Shown here piece after piece: positions 26,844 to 36,388 of a stretch of 64,000 nt of DNA; within the stretch, counting starts at the first letter, position 1, and the number at the start of each line of letters is the position of its first letter. The notes below the pieces were generated by a model. The model saw only the letters and a program-made list of their open reading frames with translations, had not been told where the DNA came from and did not search any database. The stretch is from an uncultured Acidobacteriota bacterium (lineage in GTDB: Bacteria; Acidobacteriota; Thermoanaerobaculia; Multivoradales; SZUA-115), in NCBI GenBank assembly GCA_963805975.1, contig CAWDVR010000001.1, forward strand, positions 320,001 through 384,000. Direction: 5' to 3'. The position numbers were made by a program, and so were the translations under genes.

Positions 26844-28661
26844 TCAGGCCGGCTCCAGGCGGAACCGCGGCGCCTCTGCCGGCGCGGCGTCTTCGCGGGC
26901 GGCGAGCCGGGCCTTCATTCGTTCGCTCACTGCGATCACCATGGGCACGGGCTGCCAGGTGAACGGCCGGCCCGTCTCGCCATCGACCACCCGCCCCTCC
27001 GCGATCGCCTGCGAGGCCGCCGGCAGCGACAGCCCGGCCAGCGCCTGCCGCAGGGCATGGAAGCGGGCACGGTCCGCGGCGTGGAGCAGCTCCACGAAGC
27101 GCTCCGACTGCGCTGCCACGTGGAAGTGGGCCGGCACGAAGGCGATGCCATCGAGGCCCAGGCGGTCGCAGGCCAGCACCATGAGCACGATCACCTCGCG
27201 CAGGAGCCCGAGGCCGGGATGCTTCTGCCCCGGCAGCGGCGGGCGGTCGGGCGGGAAGGCGGCGCGCGGGTTCTGGAGCAGCAGCCACTCGACCGCCAGG
27301 AGATCGCAGCCGGGGAGGAGGCGCGCGTCCCGCCGCACACGGAGCTCGACGAGCAGCTCCTCGTCGCCCTCGCTGCCGAAGATGCTCAGCGTGTCCCCGC
27401 CGGGGTTCTCGAGCTCGAGCTCGAGGCGCGGCCGGGCGAAGCCCAGGGCGCGCAGGCGGGCGAGGAAACCATAGCGCTCGAGCGCCAGCTCGAGGCCGTT
27501 CGCGGAGTAGAAGCCGAGGAAGCGCGACGGCTTGGCCGCGAAAGCGGTGCCGGGCATGAGGTCCGCCTCGGTGAGCCCGAAGCCATCGCCGGACGCGGGC
27601 TCGGCGGAGAGCTCCGAGGCCGCCACCAGCGACGCCAGGTAGCGGTAGCGCTGCAGCGTGATCTCGGTGGTCGAGGGCGGCTCGATCGTCCGCCCGCCGG
27701 AGGTGAGCCAGCCGAAGAAGCGGGCGCTGTAGCGCCAAGCCTCCGTGCCGTACCCCCCCGCCAGCAGGATCACCAGCGGCAGGTCGCCGAGGCGCGACCG
27801 CAGCCGGCTCATCACGAGCTGGTCGCGGGCGAGCATCCCCTCGGCCGAGATCCGCCAGTTGCCGAGCGTGTCCGTGGCCGCGGGATCGGCCCCCGCCAGG
27901 TAGTACACCAGGCCGGGCCGGAACGAGGCGATCACCGGCACCAAGTGCTCCTCGATCGCCGCGAGATAGCGCGCGTCCTCGACCCCGTCGCCCAGCGCCA
28001 GGCAGGTCGAGGCCACGGCGTCGGGAGCGTCGCCGCCGGGGCCCGATCCCCACGTCTGGTTGTGGATCGAGAAGGTATGGACCGTGGGATCGCGGGCGAA
28101 GATCGAGCGCGTGCCGTTGCCGTCGTGCAAGTCGAGGTCGATCACCAGGATGCGTTCGGCAAAGCCTGCTTCGCGCGCCTGCGCGATGGCCACCGCCACG
28201 TCGTTGAAGGCGCAGAAGCCCTCGCCGCGCTCGGCGTGCGCGTGGTGGAGGCCGCCGCCCAGGTTCACCACCGGCAGGCAGCCGGCGAGAGCCAGGCGGG
28301 TCGCCAGCACCGTGCCCCCGACCATGGCGCGCTGGAGGTGGAGATAGCGGTCCTCGTCCGCTTCCGAGGCCGCGAGGCCCAGGAGCGGGGTGAGCGCCCC
28401 CGGCACCACGAGCGAGTCGAGGTAGGCCGGCGAGTGGACGCGTTGCAGCGAGCGGATCGACGCCTCGTTCGGCCAGCGCAGGCGCCCGCTCTTGAGCAGG
28501 CCCTCCATGGCCAGGAAGGTGATGACGTTCTCGCCGCGGCGCGGGTCGGCGGGCAGGCCCGGCACCTCGAAGGTGTACTTGCCGCCGTACACGAAGTACA
28601 CCGGCTGTGGCTGGATGAGGGACGCCAGGCGCCGGAGCGCGCGGCGGAAGCGGCCGGGCAT
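26844..28661 (-). CDS. Histone deacetylase family protein with C-terminal extra domain
   Basis: GGGLHHA, GFCAFNDVA, DLDLHDGNGT, GADPAATDTLG, GGYG; about 250-aa C-terminal extension (EWLLLQNP...LPGQKHPGLGL). Confidence 0.9.
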   Translation of the reverse strand: MPGRFRRALRRLASLIQPQPVYFVYGGKYTFEVPGLPADPRRGENVITFLAMEGLLKSGRLRWPNEASIRSLQRVHSPAYLDSLVVPGALTPLLGLAASEADEDRYLHLQRAMVGGTVLATRLALAGCLPVVNLGGGLHHAHAERGEGFCAFNDVAVAIAQAREAGFAERILVIDLDLHDGNGTRSIFARDPTVHTFSIHNQTWGSGPGGDAPDAVASTCLALGDGVEDARYLAAIEEHLVPVIASFRPGLVYYLAGADPAATDTLGNWRISAEGMLARDQLVMSRLRSRLGDLPLVILLAGGYGTEAWRYSARFFGWLTSGGRTIEPPSTTEITLQRYRYLASLVAASELSAEPASGDGFGLTEADLMPGTAFAAKPSRFLGFYSANGLELALERYGFLARLRALGFARPRLELELENPGGDTLSIFGSEGDEELLVELRVRRDARLLPGCDLLAVEWLLLQNPRAAFPPDRPPLPGQKHPGLGLLREVIVLMVLACDRLGLDGIAFVPAHFHVAAQSERFVELLHAADRARFHALRQALAGLSLPAASQAIAEGRVVDGETGRPFTWQPVPMVIAVSERMKARLAAREDAAPAEAPRFRLEPA

Positions 28662-28684
28662 CGGGGGAGTCCTCGGCGGCGAGT

Positions 28685-29008
28685 CTATTCGTTCTCGGTG
28701 GGCGGGCCCGTGGAGTCTGGGCTCTTCAGCTCCACCAGCGTCGCACCCCAGCCGCCCGCCTCGCCCGGCGCATCGCCGAAAGCGGCCACCCGCGGGTCCC
28801 GCGCCAGCAGCGTGCGCACCGTCTGCCGCTGCACCCCGGCACCACGGCCGTGGATGATCCGCACCCGCCGGAACCCCCGCGCCCAAACCTCGTCCAGATA
28901 GTCCCGCACCAGGTCCGCCACCTCGCGCGGCTGGAAGCTGTGGAGGTCGAGCACGTCGGTGATCGGCAGCTCGACGGGCGGGAGGGAGTCTTCCTCTTCT
29001 TCGTTCAT
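28685..29008 (-). CDS. Smr/MutS2 C-terminal domain protein
   Basis: LDLHSF, VRIIHGRGAGVQR, GGWGATLVEL. Confidence 0.9.
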   Translation of the reverse strand: MNEEEEDSLPPVELPITDVLDLHSFQPREVADLVRDYLDEVWARGFRRVRIIHGRGAGVQRQTVRTLLARDPRVAAFGDAPGEAGGWGATLVELKSPDSTGPPTENE

Positions 29009-29090
29009 CGGCGCTTTAGCTCGTCGAGCGCACGCGGGCGTGGCGGTTTCGCGAACAGCATGCGATGGATGTCCTCGGAGCTGTAGCGGG
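29005..29090 (-). pseudogene. Possible remnant of an AbrB/MazE-type antitoxin C-terminus
   Basis: RYSSEDIHRMLFAKPPRPRALDELK resembles the C-terminal helix of AbrB-family antitoxins. No AbrB N-terminal domain or toxin gene is visible. Confidence 0.35.
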
Positions 29091-29220
29091 CGGCGTCAGG
29101 CCGAGGAGAGCAGCCGTGGATGACCTCGGCAGTCGGTAAAGCTGCCGCAGCCTCGGAGTGGAGTTGCACGAGGAGAGCGAGGGCTGCTGGAGCAGGGTGA
29201 CGTGCCAAGCCCCGCGTTCC

Positions 29221-32169
29221 CTACTTGAACAGCTTCAGAAACACGATGTACGCCACCAGCCCGTCGTCCGGGCCGGCCACGGGGGTGCCGACGTCTACCT
29301 GGATCAGGGTCTGCCAGGGGCCCAGGAACTGGCCGACGATGCCCACGCCGGCCAAGAGCTCGTTGTCCAGGCCGGAGGTCTCGTCGGTGGCCCAGGCGGC
29401 GTCGCCCACCGCTTCGAGGCGGAACATCTCGCCGACCTCGAAGCCGTAGGAGAGGTGCGCGGCGTACCCTTCCTCGGCGCGTACCCGGTCGCTCTGGTAG
29501 CCGTGCACGCGGGTGCCGCCGAAGAAGCCGAACTGGTACTTGCTGAAGCGGTCGAGATCTTCGCCGCCGAAGGCGTCCACCTCCGCCGAGGCCCGCTGGA
29601 ACTTGGGCAGGTACCAGCTCTTCGAAGCCTGCACCTGCCAGAGCAGGTAGTCCTCCTGCTCGGGGTCGAACTCGGTGTTGCCCGGCAGGCCCCAGGGCTC
29701 CCAGCTCTGGCGCTTGTGATAGCTCGCCTGGAGGCCGAGCTGGTAGCCGGAGCGCGAGAAGCGGGAGGAGAGCTGGAGGCTGTGGGTGAGCGCGTCCTCG
29801 GGCAGCACGAGCTCGGCGGCCGTGTCGTCGGCGCGCTTGTACTTCTCGAACGAGAGCTCGTACTCCAGCTCCGCTTTGAGGAAATGACCGATCGGGTGCC
29901 CGGCGATCAGCGACACGTTGCCCCGCGTGGACTCGATCTCCTCGCTCTTGGACTCTTCGTCACCGCGGAAGAGCGTGTTGGACGTGGGGAAGGCGAACAC
30001 GAAGGCGTCGCCGCCGACGTCGAACTTGCTGCCCAGGAAGCGCGGCTGCGCGTAGTCCAGGGTGAGGAGCGCGCCGCCGAAGAAGGCGTTCACCTGGCTG
30101 CCCGTGCCGCGGAAGTCGAACGAGAAGTAGTTGAGCCCGGCGAGCGGCAGCGGGTAGTCGAGCGAGTCGTCGTAGAACACGCCGCCCAGGGCGAAGAGCT
30201 TCGAGGTGTCGAAGCCCTCCTTCACCGTGCGCTCGGCGGCACCCTCCTCCTTCACCAGGTAGCGCATGCCGGCCGGCGTGTCGCGCACCATGGTGGCATC
30301 CGAGTCCAGCACCGCCTGGCGCTGGCTCTCGAAGTCCGGGCCGTTGACCAGCACGTTGGAGATCTCGATCTTCCGTTCGACCACGGTCGTGGTGTTGAGG
30401 ATCGAGAGGAGCTGCTGCGCGGTGGTCGAGAGCGGCAGGAAGTAGCTCTCGGCGGCCCAGGGTGCGGCCTGGCCGTCCGCGGTCAGCGGGCGGAACGAGA
30501 CCGTCTCCTCGTTCGACAGCACCTCGCCTTCGAGGCCGAGCTGCACGGCGCGGGTCTGCACGCGGGCGAAGATCTGTTTGTCCACCCACACCGCGCCGCG
30601 GAACAGCTTCTCGGCCTCGGCCTGCGCCTCGGCCACCGGCCGGAACTCCACCACCCAGCAGTCGCGGCCGTCGATCTGCTCGCTGCCGCGCAGGCGGTAG
30701 GAGTAGCGCTTGGAGAGCTCGATCGCGAGCGGCATGGCCGCCGCCTTCTCCGGCTGGATGAGCGGGATCTCGGGCAGCGTCTTGCCGCGCCAGCGCACGC
30801 CGTTCAGGAAGAGGTCCTGCCAGGCCCAGTCGTAGCCTTGAGCGCGGCGGAAGAAGAAATCGCCTTCCAGCGTGGCCTCGAACGTGGCGGCGGCGCCGGC
30901 CGAGGCCTGGAAGCGCAGGTGGGTGGTGTTGGTGGCGCGGTAGTGGTCGACCTTCCGCTCCTGGGCGTCGTCGAAGGCTTGCAGCCGGCGCAGGATCTCC
31001 TCGACCGGGATCTCGCGCTCGGTCGCCACCTCGATGCGCTCGGCGATCCCGGAGACCTCCGCCGCCGTGGCGCGCTCGATGCGCAGCAGGGTGACCGGGC
31101 CGGCGTTGGGCACGGTGAGCGCGAGGCCGCCCTGCGCCTCCCGAAAGCCGGAGAGCGGCGTCGCCTGGCCGGTCGCGAGATCCACGCGCGCAGGCCGGCG
31201 CAGATTGGGGTCGGTCCACCGGAGCTCGAGGTCCTGGGCGCCCGGCGGCCGGCGAATCAGCACGCGGAGCGCGAGATCGCTGCCGCGCACGAAGGCCCAG
31301 CCGGCGGGCACCCCCTGCGGCACGGAGTAGGGATCGAAGGAGAGGTCGCCCGCGAACTCGTTGGCCACCACCACCAGCGGCGCAACGGCCCGCGGATCGA
31401 GCACCGCGCCCGGCTGGATCTCCAGGTCGAGCACCGCCACCGCGCCGCCGAGGCGACCGATGTCCGCCGCCCATGACATGGCCTCGGCCGGAGGGTTGGG
31501 GAAGGCGATGCCTTCGACCACCACCGGCCGGCCGGGGTCGAGCTCGGTGAGCCGCGCGAGCGCCGCCGTCAGCTCGGCCTCCGGCGCCACGGCGAGGGTC
31601 ACGCCGTCGACGTAGGCCGCGACCTCCTGGCCGTAGAAGGCGGTGAGGCCGGCGCTGTCCGTGGGCTGGAAGGCCTGGGTGAGGACCCGCGCGTCCGCCG
31701 CCGCGCCGGTGAGCGCCACCGCGGCGCGCTTGAAGAGGAAGGCATAGTCGTCCGCCGTGGCGCCGCCCTCGGGGGCCGCGGAAGGCGTCCACAGGATCTG
31801 GTAGTGACGGCTCGGGTTGCCGCGGGCGAGGGCGGTCGCGGCGCGGAGCTCGGCCTCGAGCGCGTCCAGGTGCTGGACGATCGGCGCCGGAGCGTGGAAG
31901 CCGAGCTTGATCCAAGGTTCGGCGCCCACCGCCTTCAGGGCCTCGGCCGAGGCACTGGCAGCCACCGGATCGCCGGAGGAGAGGTCGAAGTCCCACACCA
32001 CGTAGAGGCGGGAGTCCTTGCCGAGCTTGGGGGCCCCGGCGAGCGCGTTGATGACGGCTTGCGGATCGGAGACGTGCACGCCCACGCAGGGCATGCAAGG
32101 AGGCGCCGCGGCGAAGGCGGAAGGAGCGAGCGCTACGAGGAGGAGAGTCGCCAGGCGGAGAGGTCGCAT
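29221..32169 (-). CDS. Large secreted multidomain protein with probable C-terminal outer-membrane beta-barrel
   Basis: Signal peptide (AFA-A), CMPC; central LolA/MucB-like EQIDGRDCWVVEFRP...GAVWVDK; C-terminal amphipathic strands ending YIVFLKLFK. Confidence 0.8.
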   Translation of the reverse strand: MRPLRLATLLLVALAPSAFAAAPPCMPCVGVHVSDPQAVINALAGAPKLGKDSRLYVVWDFDLSSGDPVAASASAEALKAVGAEPWIKLGFHAPAPIVQHLDALEAELRAATALARGNPSRHYQILWTPSAAPEGGATADDYAFLFKRAAVALTGAAADARVLTQAFQPTDSAGLTAFYGQEVAAYVDGVTLAVAPEAELTAALARLTELDPGRPVVVEGIAFPNPPAEAMSWAADIGRLGGAVAVLDLEIQPGAVLDPRAVAPLVVVANEFAGDLSFDPYSVPQGVPAGWAFVRGSDLALRVLIRRPPGAQDLELRWTDPNLRRPARVDLATGQATPLSGFREAQGGLALTVPNAGPVTLLRIERATAAEVSGIAERIEVATEREIPVEEILRRLQAFDDAQERKVDHYRATNTTHLRFQASAGAAATFEATLEGDFFFRRAQGYDWAWQDLFLNGVRWRGKTLPEIPLIQPEKAAAMPLAIELSKRYSYRLRGSEQIDGRDCWVVEFRPVAEAQAEAEKLFRGAVWVDKQIFARVQTRAVQLGLEGEVLSNEETVSFRPLTADGQAAPWAAESYFLPLSTTAQQLLSILNTTTVVERKIEISNVLVNGPDFESQRQAVLDSDATMVRDTPAGMRYLVKEEGAAERTVKEGFDTSKLFALGGVFYDDSLDYPLPLAGLNYFSFDFRGTGSQVNAFFGGALLTLDYAQPRFLGSKFDVGGDAFVFAFPTSNTLFRGDEESKSEEIESTRGNVSLIAGHPIGHFLKAELEYELSFEKYKRADDTAAELVLPEDALTHSLQLSSRFSRSGYQLGLQASYHKRQSWEPWGLPGNTEFDPEQEDYLLWQVQASKSWYLPKFQRASAEVDAFGGEDLDRFSKYQFGFFGGTRVHGYQSDRVRAEEGYAAHLSYGFEVGEMFRLEAVGDAAWATDETSGLDNELLAGVGIVGQFLGPWQTLIQVDVGTPVAGPDDGLVAYIVFLKLFK

Positions 32170-32240
32170 AGCGGCGGAGCATATGCGCCCGTTATGGCAT
32201 TGTCACTCTGTGCGATGGACGCTACACTGCGGCTCGAACC

Positions 32241-33323
32241 ATGGAGTTTTCCGGCCGCCTGACGGCCTTCCCACCGGGCGATCTGCTGCAGTGGGCGCGC
32301 AATGACCGCCGCACCGGCGCGCTCGTGGTGCGCCGCAGCTCGCGCGAGAAGCGCATCTCGTTCCGCGACGGTAAAGTGGTCTCCTGCCTGTCGGACGACC
32401 CGGCCGAGTTCTACGGCCAGCACCTGCTGCTCAACGGCTTCGTCAGCGAGAAGGACCTGATCCGCGCCCTGACCCATTGCGGCCGCAGCGGCCAGCGCCT
32501 GGGCCTGGCGCTGCAGGAGCTCGCCATCCTCACCGGCGACGCCGTCCAGCAGACGCTGCGCAGCCACATTCAAGACCTGGTCTGCGACCTCTTCCTCTGG
32601 AACCGCGGTGTCTTCTACTTCGAGGCCGAGGTGCCACAGGACGAAGAGATCGGGCCGCTGCCGGTCGACACCTTGCACCTGTCCTTGGAGGGCACGCGCT
32701 GGGCCGACGAGCACGAGCGCATCCGCCGCGTGTTCATTCACGACGACATCGTGCTGCGCCGCCGGCCGGAGGCGAACGGCAAGGGCATGTCGCCGCTCGA
32801 GCAGTGGATCCTGGGCAAGGTCAACGACCGCCGCACGCTCGCCCAGCTCTACCGCGCCACCGGCGGCTCCTACTTCCGCTTCTTGCAGGGAGCGCTGGCG
32901 CTCTGCGTGCGCGAGGTGCTCGACCTCGCCGAGGTGCCGCAGCAGCTCTCGGTGGCGACCACCCACGAGATCAACCTCTACGACCTGATGCGCGAGCAGG
33001 CGAGCGAGGAGCAGGTTCTCGCCATGCACCGCCGGACCACGGTGCCGATGGCCGCGCTCGAGAACCTGGTGCCGCTGTGGGTCGGGCCGCCGCCCGCGGC
33101 GGAGCCGGGTGCGGGCCTCGCCGCCCGCTGCGCCGGCCAGGTCCGCCTGCTGGACATCCTGCCCGAGGACGCCTCGCGCGAGCTCGACCTCCTGCTCCAG
33201 GGGCTGCGCGAAGGTCAGGTCGCGCTCCTCCCGGCTCCGCTCGACGAGCTCGAGGCCGCGGCCGAGCGCGGCGCCAGCCCCCGCTGGTGGCGCCAGCTCT
33301 TCAGCGGCGGCTCCCGGCGCTAG
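32241..33323 (+). CDS. DUF4388 (PatA_N-like) domain protein
   Basis: MEFSGRL..F...DLLQW....RRTGAL...KRISFRDGKV...LFLWNRGVFYF...LEG.RWADE. Confidence 0.85.
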   Translation: MEFSGRLTAFPPGDLLQWARNDRRTGALVVRRSSREKRISFRDGKVVSCLSDDPAEFYGQHLLLNGFVSEKDLIRALTHCGRSGQRLGLALQELAILTGDAVQQTLRSHIQDLVCDLFLWNRGVFYFEAEVPQDEEIGPLPVDTLHLSLEGTRWADEHERIRRVFIHDDIVLRRRPEANGKGMSPLEQWILGKVNDRRTLAQLYRATGGSYFRFLQGALALCVREVLDLAEVPQQLSVATTHEINLYDLMREQASEEQVLAMHRRTTVPMAALENLVPLWVGPPPAAEPGAGLAARCAGQVRLLDILPEDASRELDLLLQGLREGQVALLPAPLDELEAAAERGASPRWWRQLFSGGSRR

Positions 33324-35977
33324 TCCCGCCGCAGCACGGAGGACGGCTCGGTGCCGGCCGCCTTCGCCGCCGGCAGGTAGGCGGCGAGGAGGGCCGTCAG
33401 GGCGAGGAGGGCCGCCGCCTGGAGGAAGGTCGCCGGGTCCGTGGGGCTCACCTCGAAGAGCAGCGAGGCCATGGCGCGGGTGAGGGCATAGGCGCCGGCC
33501 GCGCCGAGCACCACGCCGAGGAGGGCGAGGCGCGCCCCGCGCCCGAGCACTAGCGCCAGCACCTCGGGCCGGCTCGCGCCGAGCGCCATGCGGATGCCGA
33601 TCTCCTGCCGCCGCTCGGCCACGAAGTAGGAGGTGACACCGAAGATGCCGACCAGCGCGAGCGCCAGGGCGATCGCGGCGAAGCTGCCCAGGAGCCAGGT
33701 CTGGAAGCGCGGCTGGGCCGCCGCCTCGGCGACCAGCGCGGAGACCGGCCGGCTGCGGATGGCCGGGACGTTGGGATCGACGGCCGCGAGCTCCTTCCGC
33801 GCCAGCTCGGCCACCAGCCCGGCGTCGGCCGAGCTCCGCACCACGACGCTCACGCCCCGCGCCCAGGCGGTGAGAAAGCCGGGATCGAGCTGCTCGTAGG
33901 GCAGCAGCACCTCGGGCCGAGCGTCGGCCTCGAGCCGGCGGTGCCGGACGTCGGCGACTACGCCCACCACCCTGGCCCAGCCCTCCTCGCCGCTCGGCGA
34001 GAGGCGCTTGCCGAGCGCGTCCTCTCCCGGCCAGAAGCGGCGCGTGAAAGCCTCGTTGACCAGCGCCACGCGCTCCGCGCCCTCGCGGTCGGCGGCGGCG
34101 AGGTCCCGGCCGCGGGAGAGCGGGATGCCCATCGCCGCGAGGTAGCCGGGGGAGACGCCGCGCAGCCCGGCGACCGGCGTGTCGTCGCTGGAGCCGGGCG
34201 CGTAGCCATCTACCCGGAAGCCGTTCTCGAGATCCTGGCCGGAGAGCGGCAGGTGGGTGGTGGTGCCGACCGCCTCGAACAGCGGCTGCGAGCCCAGGCG
34301 CTCGAGGAGCTGCCGGTGGAAGGCGTGCATGGAGCCCGCCTCGGGGAAGCGCGCCGACGGCATCGCCACGTCGAAGGTCAGGGCGCTCGCGGGCCGGAAG
34401 CCCAGCTCCACGGCCTGCAGGCGGGCGAAGCTCTTGAGGGCGAGGCCGGCACCGGTCAGCAGGACCAGCGAGACCGCGAGCTCGGCGACCAGGATGGCCG
34501 CGCGCAGGCGCTCCCGCCCGGCACCCGGCGTCACGGTGCGGCCGGCGACCCCACCGCCGGCGAGCGGTGCGCCCCGCGCAGCCCGCAGCGTGGGGAGGAC
34601 GCCGAACGCCAGCGCCGCGATCAGCACGACGACGAGCGAAGCGGCGAGCACCCGCGGCTCGATCGCAGCCTGCTCGAGGCGCGGAATGTCCCGTGGCCCC
34701 AGCGCTTGCAAGGCGGCGAGCACCACCTGGGCGACGACGAGCCCCGCGGCGGCGCCCAGCCCGTAGAGCACCAGCGACTCGGTCAGGAGCTGGCGCACCA
34801 GCCGCCGCCGGCCGCCGCCGAGCGCCGCGCGCACCGCCATCTCGGACTGCCGGGCGCTCGCCCGGGTGAGCTGGAGGCTGGTCACGTTGGCACAGGCGAC
34901 CGCCAGCACGAAGGCCACCGCGCCGAGCAGCAGGAAGAGTCCCCGCCGTACGCCGCCCACCGTCTCCTCGGTGAGCGAGGCCATGCCGATGCCAGCCCCG
35001 CGGTGGCTGTCCGGGTACTCTGCGGCGAGCGCCACCGCCACCCGCTCGAGATCGGCCACCGCCTGCGTCGGCGTCACCCCGTCCCGCAGTCGTCCCACCA
35101 CTCGCAGGTAGCGCGACTGGCGGTTGATGGGAAGGTTGGCGTCGTTGGCGCCGCGCAAAGGTATCGGCACCCAGAGCTGGTAGCTCTTGTCCGGGAAGTC
35201 GAAGCCCGGCGGCATCACTCCCACCACTTCGTAGGGCTTGCCGTTGACGGTGAGCGTCCGGCCCACCACCCGCGGGTCGCGGCCGAAGCGGCGCTGCCAG
35301 AGGGCGTGGGAGAGGATCATCACCTGGTCGCGCCCGGCCTCGTTCTCCTCGCGCAGGAACGTCCGGCCGAGGAGCGGCCGGACCCGCAGCACGTCGAAGA
35401 GCTCGGCGGAGACGAGCTGGCCGATGGCGAGCTCGGCCTCGCCCTCGCCGGTGAAGGTGAAGCCGGTGCCCACGTACGCCGCCAGGTTCTCGAAAGCGCC
35501 GGTCTGGGCCTGCCAGTCCAGGAAGTCGAGGGGCGCGGCCCGCGTGCGGCCGATGTCGGCGCTGGCGTGCACCTGGAAGAGGCCCCACAGCCGGTCGGCC
35601 TCGGGGTAGGGGAGCGGGCGCAGGATCACGGCGTCCACCACGCTCACCACCGCGGTGTTGGCGCCGATGCCGAGCGCCAGGGTGAGCACCGCGGCGGCCG
35701 TGAAGCCCGGGTTCTTGGCCAGGGTGCGCAGCCCGTGGCGGGCGTCCTGGAGCAGGGTCTCGAGGAAGGCCAGGGTGTCCGCGTCGCGGGTGCGCTCGCG
35801 CAGCGCGAGCGGGTTGCCGAGCGCGAGCCGCGCTTGGCGCTTCGCTTCGGCGGCGTCCATTCCCCGGCTCTCCAGTTGCTCGGCGCGCAGCTCGAGGTGG
35901 CCTGCCAGCTCTTCGTCGATCTCGCTCGCCAGCCGGGAGCGCTGCAAGAGATTACCCAAGCGGTGGAGCCAGGCCAT
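33320..35977 (-). CDS. ADOP (acidobacterial duplicated orphan permease; MacB/FtsX-like)
   Basis: EIDEELAGHLE prefix, LALGIGANTA, ACANV, EMAVRAALG, EIGIRMALGA; duplicated architecture. Confidence 0.95.
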   Translation of the reverse strand: MAWLHRLGNLLQRSRLASEIDEELAGHLELRAEQLESRGMDAAEAKRQARLALGNPLALRERTRDADTLAFLETLLQDARHGLRTLAKNPGFTAAAVLTLALGIGANTAVVSVVDAVILRPLPYPEADRLWGLFQVHASADIGRTRAAPLDFLDWQAQTGAFENLAAYVGTGFTFTGEGEAELAIGQLVSAELFDVLRVRPLLGRTFLREENEAGRDQVMILSHALWQRRFGRDPRVVGRTLTVNGKPYEVVGVMPPGFDFPDKSYQLWVPIPLRGANDANLPINRQSRYLRVVGRLRDGVTPTQAVADLERVAVALAAEYPDSHRGAGIGMASLTEETVGGVRRGLFLLLGAVAFVLAVACANVTSLQLTRASARQSEMAVRAALGGGRRRLVRQLLTESLVLYGLGAAAGLVVAQVVLAALQALGPRDIPRLEQAAIEPRVLAASLVVVLIAALAFGVLPTLRAARGAPLAGGGVAGRTVTPGAGRERLRAAILVAELAVSLVLLTGAGLALKSFARLQAVELGFRPASALTFDVAMPSARFPEAGSMHAFHRQLLERLGSQPLFEAVGTTTHLPLSGQDLENGFRVDGYAPGSSDDTPVAGLRGVSPGYLAAMGIPLSRGRDLAAADREGAERVALVNEAFTRRFWPGEDALGKRLSPSGEEGWARVVGVVADVRHRRLEADARPEVLLPYEQLDPGFLTAWARGVSVVVRSSADAGLVAELARKELAAVDPNVPAIRSRPVSALVAEAAAQPRFQTWLLGSFAAIALALALVGIFGVTSYFVAERRQEIGIRMALGASRPEVLALVLGRGARLALLGVVLGAAGAYALTRAMASLLFEVSPTDPATFLQAAALLALTALLAAYLPAAKAAGTEPSSVLRRD

Positions 35978-35990
35978 CGGTCACCTCTCT

Positions 35991-36323
35991 CTACGCCAGT
36001 TGCAGCACCGCCGCGACGCCGCGCGCGAGGCGGTCCCAGCGCTCCTGCTCGGCCGCGAGCTGCTTGTGCCCCCGGTCGGTGAGGCCGTAGACGCGGGCGC
36101 GCCGGCCGTTCTCGGACGCCTTCCACTCGGCGGCGAGCAATCCGGCCTGCTCCAGGCGGTGGAGGGCGGGGTAGAGCGAGCCTTCCTCCACCCGCAGCAG
36201 CTCGCCGGAGCCTTCCTGGATTCGCGAAGCGATGCCGAAGCCGTGCAGCGGACCGCGGCTCAGGGTGGAGAGCACCAGCAGGTCGAGAGTTCCTTGCAGC
36301 ACGGCGCCCGGACGGCTCTTCAT
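35991..36323 (-). CDS. PadR family transcriptional regulator (acidobacterial type)
   Basis: LQGTLDLLVL..L..GPLHGFGIA..I...GSLYPALHRLE...SENGRRARVY.LT..G. Confidence 0.95.
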   Translation of the reverse strand: MKSRPGAVLQGTLDLLVLSTLSRGPLHGFGIASRIQEGSGELLRVEEGSLYPALHRLEQAGLLAAEWKASENGRRARVYGLTDRGHKQLAAEQERWDRLARGVAAVLQLA

Positions 36324-36329
36324 CGTTTC

Positions 36330-36372
36330 CCCTAGACGACTAGGGTACAGCGCCGAGGCCTAGATGTCTAGG
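36330..36372. promoter_or_regulatory. Two palindromic CTAG-N4-CTAG boxes, probable PadR operators
   Basis: CCCTAG-ACGA-CTAGGG (36330-36345) and CCTAGA-TG-TCTAGG (36359-36372) immediately upstream of the padR start. Confidence 0.75.
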
Positions 36373-36388
36373 GGAGAGGCGAGAACCG

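Noticed and set aside
29191-29208. TTGGCACGTCACCCTGCT sigma54-like site
   Set aside because: GG-to-GC spacing is 11 nt rather than the required 10.
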